64,000 nt of DNA from a virus. Its lineage: Duplodnaviria; Caudoviricetes. Positions within the stretch are counted from its first letter, which is position 1, and each line of letters begins with the position of its first letter. Below, one piece after another: positions 48,235 through 56,727 of the stretch. The stretch spans positions 3,907-67,906 of the IMG/VR virus record IMGVR_UViG_3300036982_000954. One strand, given 5' to 3'. The notes below the pieces were generated by a model, which saw only the letters and a list, made by a program, of their open reading frames with translations, had not been told where the DNA came from and made no database searches. The position numbers and the translations under genes are program-made.

Positions 48235-49261
48235 GTTCAGCGCCCTCCTTCGTCTGGGATTCCTGGCCTTCGGGAGCCAACCGGCAAATCACCCGCACAA
48301 TCTTGGCCTCCTTCTTGTTCGCCCGAAGGCGCTTCTTCCCCACCTCGACCAAGGGGGACAACACCAGCAGGCTCTCAAAGGTGTCCAGCCGCACAAGCAC
48401 CGAATCCTCGCCTTCCGAACGGCAAGCTACCTCTTCCCGATAGGACGTACCCTTCTCGGTCTTGGAATAGAGCACCACCTTGGTCTTGGAAATGGAGAGC
48501 TTGGTCCGGGCCGCACCGGAGCACATCCCGCGCATCCGGCGCACCGCCTGCAGCACCTCCTCGGGGAATTGAACCGGGAAGGACTCCTCCTCCGCCCCCA
48601 AATAGTCGTCCCAGCTAGGATAGTCAACTTTGAGGAGGCGCAAATGCGCTTGCAGCTTACCGTCCGTCATATGCAGCCAGCCAGGGCTGACCGCGACCTG
48701 CTTCATGCCCTTCACCGACAGGAGGGATACCCCCTTAACCACCCCATCTTCAACCGGGCTGTCCCACTTGGCGCGGGTGATTTCCAAGTTGTTAGAAGCC
48801 TCGACGAAGCCCTTGGTCAGGTGGAGGCAGGAGAGCACCGGGTAAATGTCCCCGCCCAGAGAATCGGACACGATTTTCAATCGCATCTGATCGAAGCCCT
48901 TGTCCAGGGTTTCCCAAGTCTCGGGGACCGGGATTGCCGCCACCGGGAGCCGTACCTTCTCCTGCCACGGGAGGCTGAACCGACAGGCTTTCCCGTACAT
49001 CTGGAGACGGCCGTCGACCAAGCGGATATTCAACTCCGCTCCCGGCAACGTGCGGACTTGCAATAAATCCGCCCCGTCCACCGCTCCCTCCAGTTCTTCC
49101 CCGAAGGGGGAGGCAACGGATAAGGCCAGGGAATCGTTGAACGTCCAAACCCGGCCACCGGTGAAAACAAAGCAATTGCTTTGATCGTAAGGCCCTTTCG
49201 CCATTAACGCGGGGGCGAGTTCCTCTAGGACCAGAGCGAGCTTCTTACTGTTCATCAGCAT
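48221..49261 (-). CDS. sliding clamp (DNA Pol III beta-like)
   Basis: 346 aa; beta/alpha repeat pattern, TFND, ASNN, VDYPSW; GAAAGGG RBS; near the clamp loader. Confidence 0.6.
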   Translation of the reverse strand: MLMNSKKLALVLEELAPALMAKGPYDQSNCFVFTGGRVWTFNDSLALSVASPFGEELEGAVDGADLLQVRTLPGAELNIRLVDGRLQMYGKACRFSLPWQEKVRLPVAAIPVPETWETLDKGFDQMRLKIVSDSLGGDIYPVLSCLHLTKGFVEASNNLEITRAKWDSPVEDGVVKGVSLLSVKGMKQVAVSPGWLHMTDGKLQAHLRLLKVDYPSWDDYLGAEEESFPVQFPEEVLQAVRRMRGMCSGAARTKLSISKTKVVLYSKTEKGTSYREEVACRSEGEDSVLVRLDTFESLLVLSPLVEVGKKRLRANKKEAKIVRVICRLAPEGQESQTKEGAERDTA

Positions 49262-49442
49262 ACGGTTGCCCTTTCTTTGGGAATGCGTTGACTGCCCGCT
49301 TGAGCAGCTTTTTGGAGAGGAAGCCGCCCGCCTCGGCCTTGGGCGTCTTTCGGTTTTGGAAACCGCGCAACTCCTGGTCGAGTTCCGCCAGTTCCTGCTT
49401 ACAGCGTCCGACGAGATGCTTTTTCTTTATGCGCTTTTTCAT
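49245..49442 (-). CDS. small basic hypothetical protein
   Basis: MKKRIKKKH start, fills the gap between neighbours. Confidence 0.45.
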   Translation of the reverse strand: MKKRIKKKHLVGRCKQELAELDQELRGFQNRKTPKAEAGGFLSKKLLKRAVNAFPKKGQPYADEQ

Positions 49443-50169
49443 TCCCCGCCTTTCCGTTGTCGATGCCCTCGTAGAGGCAACATGAGATGACTCCAGCGAA
49501 AGGAAAGCGATCAGACTCACCATACACCCAACAGTAGTCGATCCGGTCGCGGGGGAATGTCATCCCCACCACCGGCGCGAAGCTGAATAGGGAGAAAAAG
49601 TCAGCCGTGCGAATGGAAATAGGATGCTCCGGGCCTTTCTCCAAGCTGGCCAGGAAACCCGTGTCCTGCTCCCGCCGCGTAACCTCGACCGTCTGGTGAG
49701 TGGCCACGTCGCGTTGAATCAGGGCAATCTCCCCGCGCTTGACCTGAATCTCCACGTGCGAAAGATCAGGGTCCAGCATCCGCAAGATGCCCTTTTTCCA
49801 ATGCAAATCCTTCCGCTCCGGCGGGCTGTAGGCGTCCCAAAGGTCAGTCACCGCCTGGGCCTTATACGTCGGCGGCAAACACCGCTTCCGCCGATTGTAT
49901 TCCCTGACCGAGGACAGGAACTCAATGCTACCATCCCGATGGGCAAGCAACGTCTTTCCCTCATAATCCCGAATGGAAAAGACTACCTCCGCCCGGAACC
50001 CCCCCTCCCCCGCCTGCAAGGGGAAACGCATGAGTAGGGTGGAAAAGGTGTTCAGTAGCAGGAGGGAATCATGGGTCAGTACCACGACGGCCTCCAAGCG
50101 GGAGGAGGCATCCAAAGCTACCAAACGGTCGAGGATGGTCTGAATGCGCGGGGGAAGTTCAACTTTCAC
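49399..50169 (-). CDS. hypothetical protein
   Basis: GTG start in a GTGA overlap with the radical SAM stop. Confidence 0.65.
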   Translation of the reverse strand: MKVELPPRIQTILDRLVALDASSRLEAVVVLTHDSLLLLNTFSTLLMRFPLQAGEGGFRAEVVFSIRDYEGKTLLAHRDGSIEFLSSVREYNRRKRCLPPTYKAQAVTDLWDAYSPPERKDLHWKKGILRMLDPDLSHVEIQVKRGEIALIQRDVATHQTVEVTRREQDTGFLASLEKGPEHPISIRTADFFSLFSFAPVVGMTFPRDRIDYCWVYGESDRFPFAGVISCCLYEGIDNGKAGNEKAHKEKASRRTL

Positions 50170-51563
50170 AGCAAGTTCTCCCAAGCTACATGTTGATAAT
50201 CAAGATTCCCAACTTCCTTGGACCACACCAAACCCTCTCCCGTATCGGAAACTACCCGAAGGCAGGAAGCCCACAAGTCTAGCGCCCCCGACTCGGGCTG
50301 CATATTCCAAGCTTGCCGAACCTGCCGCTCAATATCCGCAGACAGGAAACCCCCATACTGATGAACCCACCGGGAGTAGTCCTTCCACGAAACAGGTGAA
50401 GGAGAATCCGCGATGAAGCGCACCGCCGACAAAGTACACCCATGACTATAGCGGTCTCCAAATACCGGAGTAGACGCGCAGCATACCGGATAGGCATTGG
50501 AGGATACGAATTGCAGCATGGAAGCGCTGACTTTCATCCCCCGCTGACGTAACTCCTCGACATACTTGTCCAGCAAAGCCGCCTGGAAGAACTGCGTGGT
50601 GCTCATGGAGCGGACACTGGACCTTCCGTCCAGCCCGGCCTCCAAAAACTTGCGATGCACCGAATCACTGTACGATCCAGGGTGGCAAGGGTCAATGGTC
50701 ACGTCCTTGCACCCGGCCTCCAACAAGGACTGGGCATACAAGTCCAAGTCCTCGCGTCCGTCGGTGATAAAGGGCAAGAACGGGCCATGCCTCGCCACGA
50801 CCTGGATACCCGCCGCCGTAAGCCGCTTGATCGTGGCCAAACGCGCCGCAACGCCCGGCGCATGAGGCTCCAGCCGGCCCGCCAAATCGGGATTGGCCGT
50901 TAATAGTGTCATATGCAATGCCGCCCCGCCCTTATTCTCCACCATTGCCGCTAGATACTCGTCCCGCCCCGGAATATCCGACTTGGTGTTTACCATTATC
51001 GGATAGTCCCGATCCCGTAGGTACTGCAAAACGTAGAGGCTAATCCCTTCCTTCACCTCGCGAGGCAGGAAGTTCTCGAACCGTATCCCAAACCGGATGG
51101 GCACCCGCATCGCGATTAGCTTCCCGATGGGGGATTCGGCCTCCTCGGGGAGCTTCTTCAGGTTCTTCATCCACTTATCGAGCTTCTCCTTCAAGAACTC
51201 CTTGGAGCAAAAGCGCAGGCTCTTCTTTACCTCATCATAGAAAGACGTGTAAAGGCTTTCCCGATAACGGTCGGCAAAACAATAGATACATCCGAACGGG
51301 CACCGGGGAGCGTCCCACACATCCAGGTTCAGAGGCATCGGACAAAAGGAGGCGTTGACGGATAGCTCCAAAAAGTGCTTCATCCGCCCTTCCGACAAGA
51401 CACGCTTTCTCGGGGTCCACCCCCCGACCGCCAGATTGAACTCGCGATAATGGGTCTTGCGGCCTTTGGGCCGGAAAGCCTCCTGCAGGGGCTGACAAAG
51501 AGCGGACTCGCGGGGAAAGAACCGTCGGGCCACCGCATCACGAAACTGCCAGTAATTGCTCAT
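50166..51563 (-). CDS. radical SAM enzyme, spore-photoproduct-lyase-like
   Basis: CPFGCIYC cluster motif; NTKSD, LEPHAP...RLATIKRL..AGI. Confidence 0.85.
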   Translation of the reverse strand: MSNYWQFRDAVARRFFPRESALCQPLQEAFRPKGRKTHYREFNLAVGGWTPRKRVLSEGRMKHFLELSVNASFCPMPLNLDVWDAPRCPFGCIYCFADRYRESLYTSFYDEVKKSLRFCSKEFLKEKLDKWMKNLKKLPEEAESPIGKLIAMRVPIRFGIRFENFLPREVKEGISLYVLQYLRDRDYPIMVNTKSDIPGRDEYLAAMVENKGGAALHMTLLTANPDLAGRLEPHAPGVAARLATIKRLTAAGIQVVARHGPFLPFITDGREDLDLYAQSLLEAGCKDVTIDPCHPGSYSDSVHRKFLEAGLDGRSSVRSMSTTQFFQAALLDKYVEELRQRGMKVSASMLQFVSSNAYPVCCASTPVFGDRYSHGCTLSAVRFIADSPSPVSWKDYSRWVHQYGGFLSADIERQVRQAWNMQPESGALDLWASCLRVVSDTGEGLVWSKEVGNLDYQHVAWENLL

Positions 51564-51583
51564 TGTCATTCTCCCAAAGGGAA

Positions 51584-51614
51584 ACCGGGCGGGGGGAAGG
51601 CCGCCCCGCCCGGT
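51584..51614 (-). terminator. hairpin terminator after the charge-block protein gene
   Basis: 11-bp stem ACCGGGCGGGG/CCCCGCCCGGU followed by UUCCCUUU. Confidence 0.6.
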
Positions 51615-51636
51615 CAACCGAATACAGCAGGAGCCG

Positions 51637-52359
51637 TTACTCGTTGTAGGTCAGCACTCCCTTCTTGCTGATGGACACCGTGCCAACGGTGGCCAGGGTG
51701 CCCATCACCTGCATGGTGACCGCGACGGCCAGGGAGCCGGCCATCCCGGTCTTCTTGGACAGCTTCGCCGCCAGGGTGGCGACGTCCGAGTCGCCCTTCT
51801 TCAGGAGGGCAACGGCCACCGCCGCTGCCGTCTGGGGCACCTCCGGCTCGTCCTCGTCCTCGTCGGCGGCCGGCTTCTTGACGGCCTTCTTCTTCGGGGC
51901 GGGTTCCTCATCGTCCTCGTCCGCCTCGTCGTCCTCATCGTCCTCGTCCGCCGCCAGCTTCTTGACAGCCTTCTTCTTCGGCGCCGGCTCCTCGTCGTCA
52001 TCGTCCTCGTCGGCTTCCTCGTCGGCTTCCTCGTCCTCGTCAGCTTCGTCCTCGTCCTCGTCCTCGTCCGCAGCCGGCTTCTTGGCCTTCTTCTTCGGGG
52101 CCTCGTCCTCGTCCTCATCGTCCTCGTCCGCAACCGGCTTCTTGGCCTTCTTCTTCGGGGCCTCGACGGCACCCTGCTCGATCAGGAAGGCGCGGGTGTC
52201 CTCGCTGACCTCATCCGAGGGCGTGACCTCCCCGCCGGCATCGAGGATCTCCTGGAGAAGCTCCTTGTCGGGCAACTCCAGGTCGATTTCCGGGTTGAGC
52301 CCCAAGGTCTTGTTCAAGTCCTTGGCGGCGCGGAGGAGGGTTTTGCGGTTGACCTTCAT
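51637..52359 (-). CDS. low-complexity K/D-E block protein with small folded termini
   Basis: Start at MKVNR (AGGAG RBS); repeats PKKK(AK/AV)K(K)P(A/V)ADED(E/D)n; near-total GC3 bias. Confidence 0.8.
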   Translation of the reverse strand: MKVNRKTLLRAAKDLNKTLGLNPEIDLELPDKELLQEILDAGGEVTPSDEVSEDTRAFLIEQGAVEAPKKKAKKPVADEDDEDEDEAPKKKAKKPAADEDEDEDEADEDEEADEEADEDDDDEEPAPKKKAVKKLAADEDDEDDEADEDDEEPAPKKKAVKKPAADEDEDEPEVPQTAAAVAVALLKKGDSDVATLAAKLSKKTGMAGSLAVAVTMQVMGTLATVGTVSISKKGVLTYNE

Positions 52360-52444
52360 GTACGATACTCCTGTACGGTTAGGGACACTAGGGGAAAGGA
52401 TACCACGTGCCACCCGGCCCGCGGCCTTTCGCCCTTTCCGCCCT

Positions 52445-52473
52445 ACTATACGGCCGAGGGACAGTAGCTCTAA
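52445..52473 (-). promoter_or_regulatory. promoter TTAGAG-N17-TATAGT
   Basis: Same hexamer pair recurs upstream of the primase gene. Confidence 0.6.
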
Positions 52474-52486
52474 GCCTCCAAAACAC

Positions 52487-54058
52487 CTATTCCTTAGCTT
52501 CCTTAGCTTTCGTCTCGCTAGGCGTGTCGAACGACCCCAACACCGGGGAGCCGATTCGCAAACATTGCAATACCGTCACGGTATGCTTCAAACTGAAGTC
52601 GGTCTCACGCGCTACCAAATGGCCCAGCCGCATGAGCCCCCGCTCTTTCTCATCCGGGGACTGGTTAAGCGAGAACATCGAAGTAACATGCCCGTATTTA
52701 CGCTTGTCCTCCGAAAAGTTGCGCATGGACTGCAAATGGCAATCGTAACTGTCCGCGTCCGCCTGGGTCGCGGTGGCCACCAAACAATGCCGTTCCTGAC
52801 TAAGCCCCCGCATTGCCATCCAGATGGAGTTCTGCCCGTGGCGGAAATCGTCCCCGCGCTCGGGCAGCATAATATCCGCATAGTCGAAAATCACCACATC
52901 AGGTACAAACCCCTCGCTGTCCTCCCAAATACGAAGTTGCAGCCGCGCCCGGCTTACGCTCATAGTCTGGGCAGGCACCGCCATAATCTTGAAGTCCCGC
53001 CCCTTTATCATTCGGGCAAAGCGCCGGCCGTTCCTGATTGCTTCCCTCCAGGTCAGGGGGTGGTCGATGCGACGGTGAACATACCACACCGTACCCGCGA
53101 AGCGGTCGGGGTGGCGATGGGCGCACTCAGCACAAGGCCGATAGTTGGACGGCGTCTCCTCCCAGTCTATCAACATTCCCGAATCGGGGTCCACGACGCC
53201 CACCCGGCACTTGCGACACTTCATCGTACAGGTGTCCTGCTGATTCCAAAGGCAGTCGAGCACCGGCACCCGCACGTCTCCGCAATAGCGCGCCCTATCG
53301 GAACGCCCGGCCAAACGGATGTGCTGACGCCGGATGATCTGGCGCTGGCTCATATCCCCACACTCGAAGAAGGCCACGTTGCATCGGCTAAGCGCCGCCC
53401 GGATAGCTATTTCCATTAGATACCAAGTCTTCCCCCGCTTTTCCGGGCCTTGCAACGCCACAAAAGATTCCCGAACAAGCTGGTCGTTTATCATTCTCCC
53501 CAACGCCCCCGGAAAGCGGACCAACGTTTGTGCCTCCTGGTCAAAGGCATCATAGATAGCGTCCGTGTCGGTATACGGATTCACCCCCTCAGCCAGCGAA
53601 CGCTCAGGTTTCCTGAACTTGATCAGCGCCTCCTCCGCCGCTACCAAATCCCGCTCAACCAAAGACGTCGTTATATCCTCGGCCAGGGCCTGGAGGCTGC
53701 GCTCCTTGAAATAGGCCAGCGTCACGTCCATCACATAGTCAACATTGAACGTCCCCCCGCTCTCAAACTCCTGGGAGCACAGGGTCAGCATCGAACCGAC
53801 AATATCCGCCCGTTCATCCTCGGGGTGCTTTCGTCTCCACGAATGGTACATATCCTGGAGATGTCGACCGGGGGGAGTCCCGTAGCGCCGGAAGTAGTCC
53901 AGACACCAAGAGGCAACCAGCCGGGCGTAGGCATTCCGCAGATAACTAGGGTCATACAACTGGGCGACCTGCTGGAGATAGCGGTCGGAAGTGGCCAGAC
54001 CAATGATAATCTGGCGTTCAACATCGGCTTTGATAGTACGGCGAGCGACACGTTTCAT
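52487..54058 (-). CDS. dnaB: replicative helicase (DnaB/SF4) with Cys-rich insert
   Basis: Start at MKRV; GPEKRGKT Walker A, FFECGDM, IFDYAD, TATQAD, FSEDKRK. Confidence 0.85.
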   Translation of the reverse strand: MKRVARRTIKADVERQIIIGLATSDRYLQQVAQLYDPSYLRNAYARLVASWCLDYFRRYGTPPGRHLQDMYHSWRRKHPEDERADIVGSMLTLCSQEFESGGTFNVDYVMDVTLAYFKERSLQALAEDITTSLVERDLVAAEEALIKFRKPERSLAEGVNPYTDTDAIYDAFDQEAQTLVRFPGALGRMINDQLVRESFVALQGPEKRGKTWYLMEIAIRAALSRCNVAFFECGDMSQRQIIRRQHIRLAGRSDRARYCGDVRVPVLDCLWNQQDTCTMKCRKCRVGVVDPDSGMLIDWEETPSNYRPCAECAHRHPDRFAGTVWYVHRRIDHPLTWREAIRNGRRFARMIKGRDFKIMAVPAQTMSVSRARLQLRIWEDSEGFVPDVVIFDYADIMLPERGDDFRHGQNSIWMAMRGLSQERHCLVATATQADADSYDCHLQSMRNFSEDKRKYGHVTSMFSLNQSPDEKERGLMRLGHLVARETDFSLKHTVTVLQCLRIGSPVLGSFDTPSETKAKEAKE

Positions 54059-54139
54059 CGAACGACCTCGGTTAGGGGGAAAGGACTCCCCGGTTAAAAT
54101 GCCCAGCAAGGCCATAGACTAGGCCCGCAAACGCAAAGT

Positions 54140-54469
54140 TCAGGTCAAGTCGGGCAGGAAAGCCGGCTTTTGTTTTCTTTGCGTTAGAAGGCTTTCTTTT
54201 ATTCTCCGCTTGTGTGCTCGCGCATGGCAATCCACACAACGTACCACGCACGAGGCTATCTCTCGAAGTATTCTCAATTCACTCACATCATAAAGTGAGG
54301 CGACGCGGCGTCGCCTCCCTCCACTAAGATGATCGAAATGGAGAAACGCCAGCGGTATATTCTGCCTACCACAATCAAAACACCCAGCCTTACGTTTGAT
54401 TCTTCCCACAAACTTACGCATCTTTGCCCTATGCACCCTTTCCCTCATACTCTGCTTACTAGATTTCAT
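54140..54469 (-). CDS. HNH endonuclease (free-standing, homing-type)
   Basis: Start at MKSSK (GGAGG RBS); CFDC...LHFDH...CVVRCVDCHARAH. Confidence 0.75.
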   Translation of the reverse strand: MKSSKQSMRERVHRAKMRKFVGRIKRKAGCFDCGRQNIPLAFLHFDHLSGGRRRRVASLYDVSELRILREIASCVVRCVDCHARAHKRRIKESLLTQRKQKPAFLPDLT

Positions 54470-55575
54470 CTTGAACCTCCCTCCCCCAAAATGGGGATTT
54501 TGGCCCACTTCTCGAACCAGCGCAAAAAACTGGCCCATGCTGGCCGCCCCGGAAGGATATGCCGCACCTCCTGTAGCCCCCACCGATGGTAGTACTGGGG
54601 CAAGTACTTCAGATAAAGCGCCAACAGCTTGTACCGATGGGAGAAGTGTTCGCCCAGGTTAGGGTGGCGCTTCCACGGCAACTTGGGATATTCGTCGTAG
54701 ACCTTTTCCACCAGCCGGGGAATCATATACTCGTCCGGCACCTTTTGGCCCTTAGCAAGAATGGCCACCTGCTCCCGCACCAGCTTTATCCCTAGCAGCA
54801 CATCACGCTTGGCTCCCTTGGGTGTCCCCCAGGATCTCTGTACCGGGGGAATCATGGCCACCCGCAAAAACCAACTGGTGCCGGGATTTGGGCGGGAATA
54901 GGGGTTATACACCAACTCCGCCAAGTTCTGTTTCCACAATCCTCGCTTGCTTAGGGGCAGATAGTCAGGGGAACTGGCTTGGGAGAGCGCCAGCAAACCC
55001 TGCTGGATTTGTCCCACGGTCCAGCACTTTGGTAAAGTCTGCACCCTAACCCCCCACTTCTCCAACCCACCAATATCTATCCGCCAATCCTTCCATGTCC
55101 CGTTTATCAACTGACACAGCCGGCGTCGGCCCTTGACCTGCACCAACGTCCCCTCAGTGTGGTGCCGAACATAAGGCAGACGGTTCCAGTAGGCCATCAA
55201 CCTACCCGCAGCACTTTGTGGGGATCTCGCCAGGGGCGACCCAACACCAACCTTGGGGGTTTCGATTTGAAGGAAACCATCGGCCCTCACGCGTGTAGGC
55301 GCGGAAGGACGCGCGCTCCCCCCCTTTGAAGAACCTATATGAATAGGTATTCTTCGGATCGGAATAAGCCCCCCCTCAAGGGGGGCATATTCCTTCCTAG
55401 AATACTCTATTCCTATAGTAGCATTTTTTTCCCCCCCGCGGACGGGGGTTAAAAAAAGTGCGTCCTTTCTACTTTGTTTTTTCTTTTTATTCTGGTGTTT
55501 TATCTTTAAGTGCTCCATGACTCGGCAACGGTACAATTCCCCATTTATCTCTACTACAATAATTCTTCTTCTCAT
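54466..55575 (-). CDS. hypothetical replication-region protein
   Basis: 369 aa between primase and helicase; basic; AT-rich 5' end. Confidence 0.65.
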   Translation of the reverse strand: MRRRIIVVEINGELYRCRVMEHLKIKHQNKKKKQSRKDALFLTPVRGGEKNATIGIEYSRKEYAPLEGGLIPIRRIPIHIGSSKGGSARPSAPTRVRADGFLQIETPKVGVGSPLARSPQSAAGRLMAYWNRLPYVRHHTEGTLVQVKGRRRLCQLINGTWKDWRIDIGGLEKWGVRVQTLPKCWTVGQIQQGLLALSQASSPDYLPLSKRGLWKQNLAELVYNPYSRPNPGTSWFLRVAMIPPVQRSWGTPKGAKRDVLLGIKLVREQVAILAKGQKVPDEYMIPRLVEKVYDEYPKLPWKRHPNLGEHFSHRYKLLALYLKYLPQYYHRWGLQEVRHILPGRPAWASFLRWFEKWAKIPILGEGGSR

Positions 55576-56462
55576 CGTAGGAACTCCTTCCTAATCGCCA
55601 GAGCTTCCTTGTAGGTAAGATCAGCAGGGTCCATCTCTTCCCCCAAATCAAGTACCTCAGTTACTCCAGGAAAGACGCTTAACAAATCTGCCAGCTTTTG
55701 AGCTTGGTTGGCTGCCTCCACTTCTCCAGAATCAAAAAAGATGAACCTTCGCTCAAACTCCTTCAACAGGCCCACCTGGGTCGGCGTAAACGCCGTGCCG
55801 TATAAAGCTACGGCTCCGGGGCCAAGGCGCCAGACATCAGGAGGCCCTTCTACCACTATTACAGTGCCCGCAGACGCACGATCAAGGCCATAGATGGTCT
55901 TTTTATGCTTGACCACTTCCTCGGCCTGCGGACAGGCTTTATATTTGAGTTCTGCCCGGCCAGTAACATCCCGGCTAGTATAGCTCACCAAAGCACCCTG
56001 AAAATAGATGGGAATGATAATCCGCCACTTGTAGGAGCCTATCGCTCCCGTGCCCAGCAAACCCCATTCCCGCTCCAGCCTTTCCGGCTCGAACCCCCGA
56101 CTCTCCAAATAATCGTAGTGCCGATGGCCCATTGGATGAGTCCCCAAAGGGTAGCGGATCTCCTTAGCCGCCACCCAAACTGGGGCAGTCTGCCCCGCTC
56201 CGCAGGCCCCATATTCCTGCCACAAACCACGCAGGGACGAGTGGGGGAGTAGGGCGCGCAGGACTTGGTAAACGGCATGAGGCCCACAGCGCCAGCAATG
56301 GAAGGAGCCCCGATTTGAGTTATAGCCAAGGTGGAATCCGGGGTGGCCGGTGCAAAAAGGGCAAACGGTCTGCACCCAGCCGGGGCGGACGTGTTTGTGC
56401 TGTTCCGGGGCGATAGGAAGCCGCTGTTCTGTCAACAGTCGGCGGAAGTCCAAGGTTTTCAT
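55572..56462 (-). CDS. DNA primase (Zn finger + TOPRIM)
   Basis: CPFC...HLG...CWRC, YLESRG, IIIPIY, VVEGPPDV, FFDSG, DPAD. Confidence 0.9.
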   Translation of the reverse strand: MKTLDFRRLLTEQRLPIAPEQHKHVRPGWVQTVCPFCTGHPGFHLGYNSNRGSFHCWRCGPHAVYQVLRALLPHSSLRGLWQEYGACGAGQTAPVWVAAKEIRYPLGTHPMGHRHYDYLESRGFEPERLEREWGLLGTGAIGSYKWRIIIPIYFQGALVSYTSRDVTGRAELKYKACPQAEEVVKHKKTIYGLDRASAGTVIVVEGPPDVWRLGPGAVALYGTAFTPTQVGLLKEFERRFIFFDSGEVEAANQAQKLADLLSVFPGVTEVLDLGEEMDPADLTYKEALAIRKEFLR

Positions 56463-56490
56463 AATCGGCCTTTCCGCATTTCGCGCCGAT

Positions 56491-56520
56491 ACTATACGAC
56501 CGGCGGCGGGCTACCTCTAA
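56491..56520 (-). promoter_or_regulatory. promoter TTAGAG-N18-TATAGT for the replication operon
   Basis: Matches the 52445-52473 element; 28 nt upstream of the primase ATG. Confidence 0.6.
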
Positions 56521-56639
56521 GGCGGCCGGCGGGAAATCGCCGCCGCCGGCGGGGAATTGCCGCTTTTTCCAGCGGCGAAATGCCGCCGCTCACCGAAAAA
56601 GGCGGTTTTCCCGCCTATTCCCCTAGCGGAGGCGATGTA

Positions 56640-56652
56640 TAACCTATTGATT
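56640..56652 (-). promoter_or_regulatory. IHF-binding consensus site
   Basis: AATCAATAGGTTA is a perfect WATCAANNNNTTR, between the divergent promoters. Confidence 0.5.
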
Positions 56653-56693
56653 TTACGCGAGTTAGCCCCTATTCCTTATCTCCCTTAGCCTCC

Positions 56694-56721
56694 TTGTACT
56701 CCCTTAGCTTAGGGTTATATT
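56694..56721 (+). promoter_or_regulatory. sigma70-type rightward promoter TTGTAC-N16-TATATT
   Basis: AT-rich segment upstream of the rightward early genes. Confidence 0.45.
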
Positions 56722-56727
56722 AGGTAC

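Noticed and set aside
51665-53419. 584-aa plus-strand ORF, and similar long antisense ORFs (7168-8025, 23113-24597, 59594-60049, 60722-62194)
   Set aside because: Shadows of GC3-biased or repetitive genes on the opposite strand; no RBS and no motifs of their own.
32737-54058. Inteins or introns in terL, polA, recA or the helicase
   Set aside because: No C/S...HN-C/S/T ends or LAGLIDADG blocks; catalytic motifs are at normal spacing apart from the Cys-rich helicase insert.
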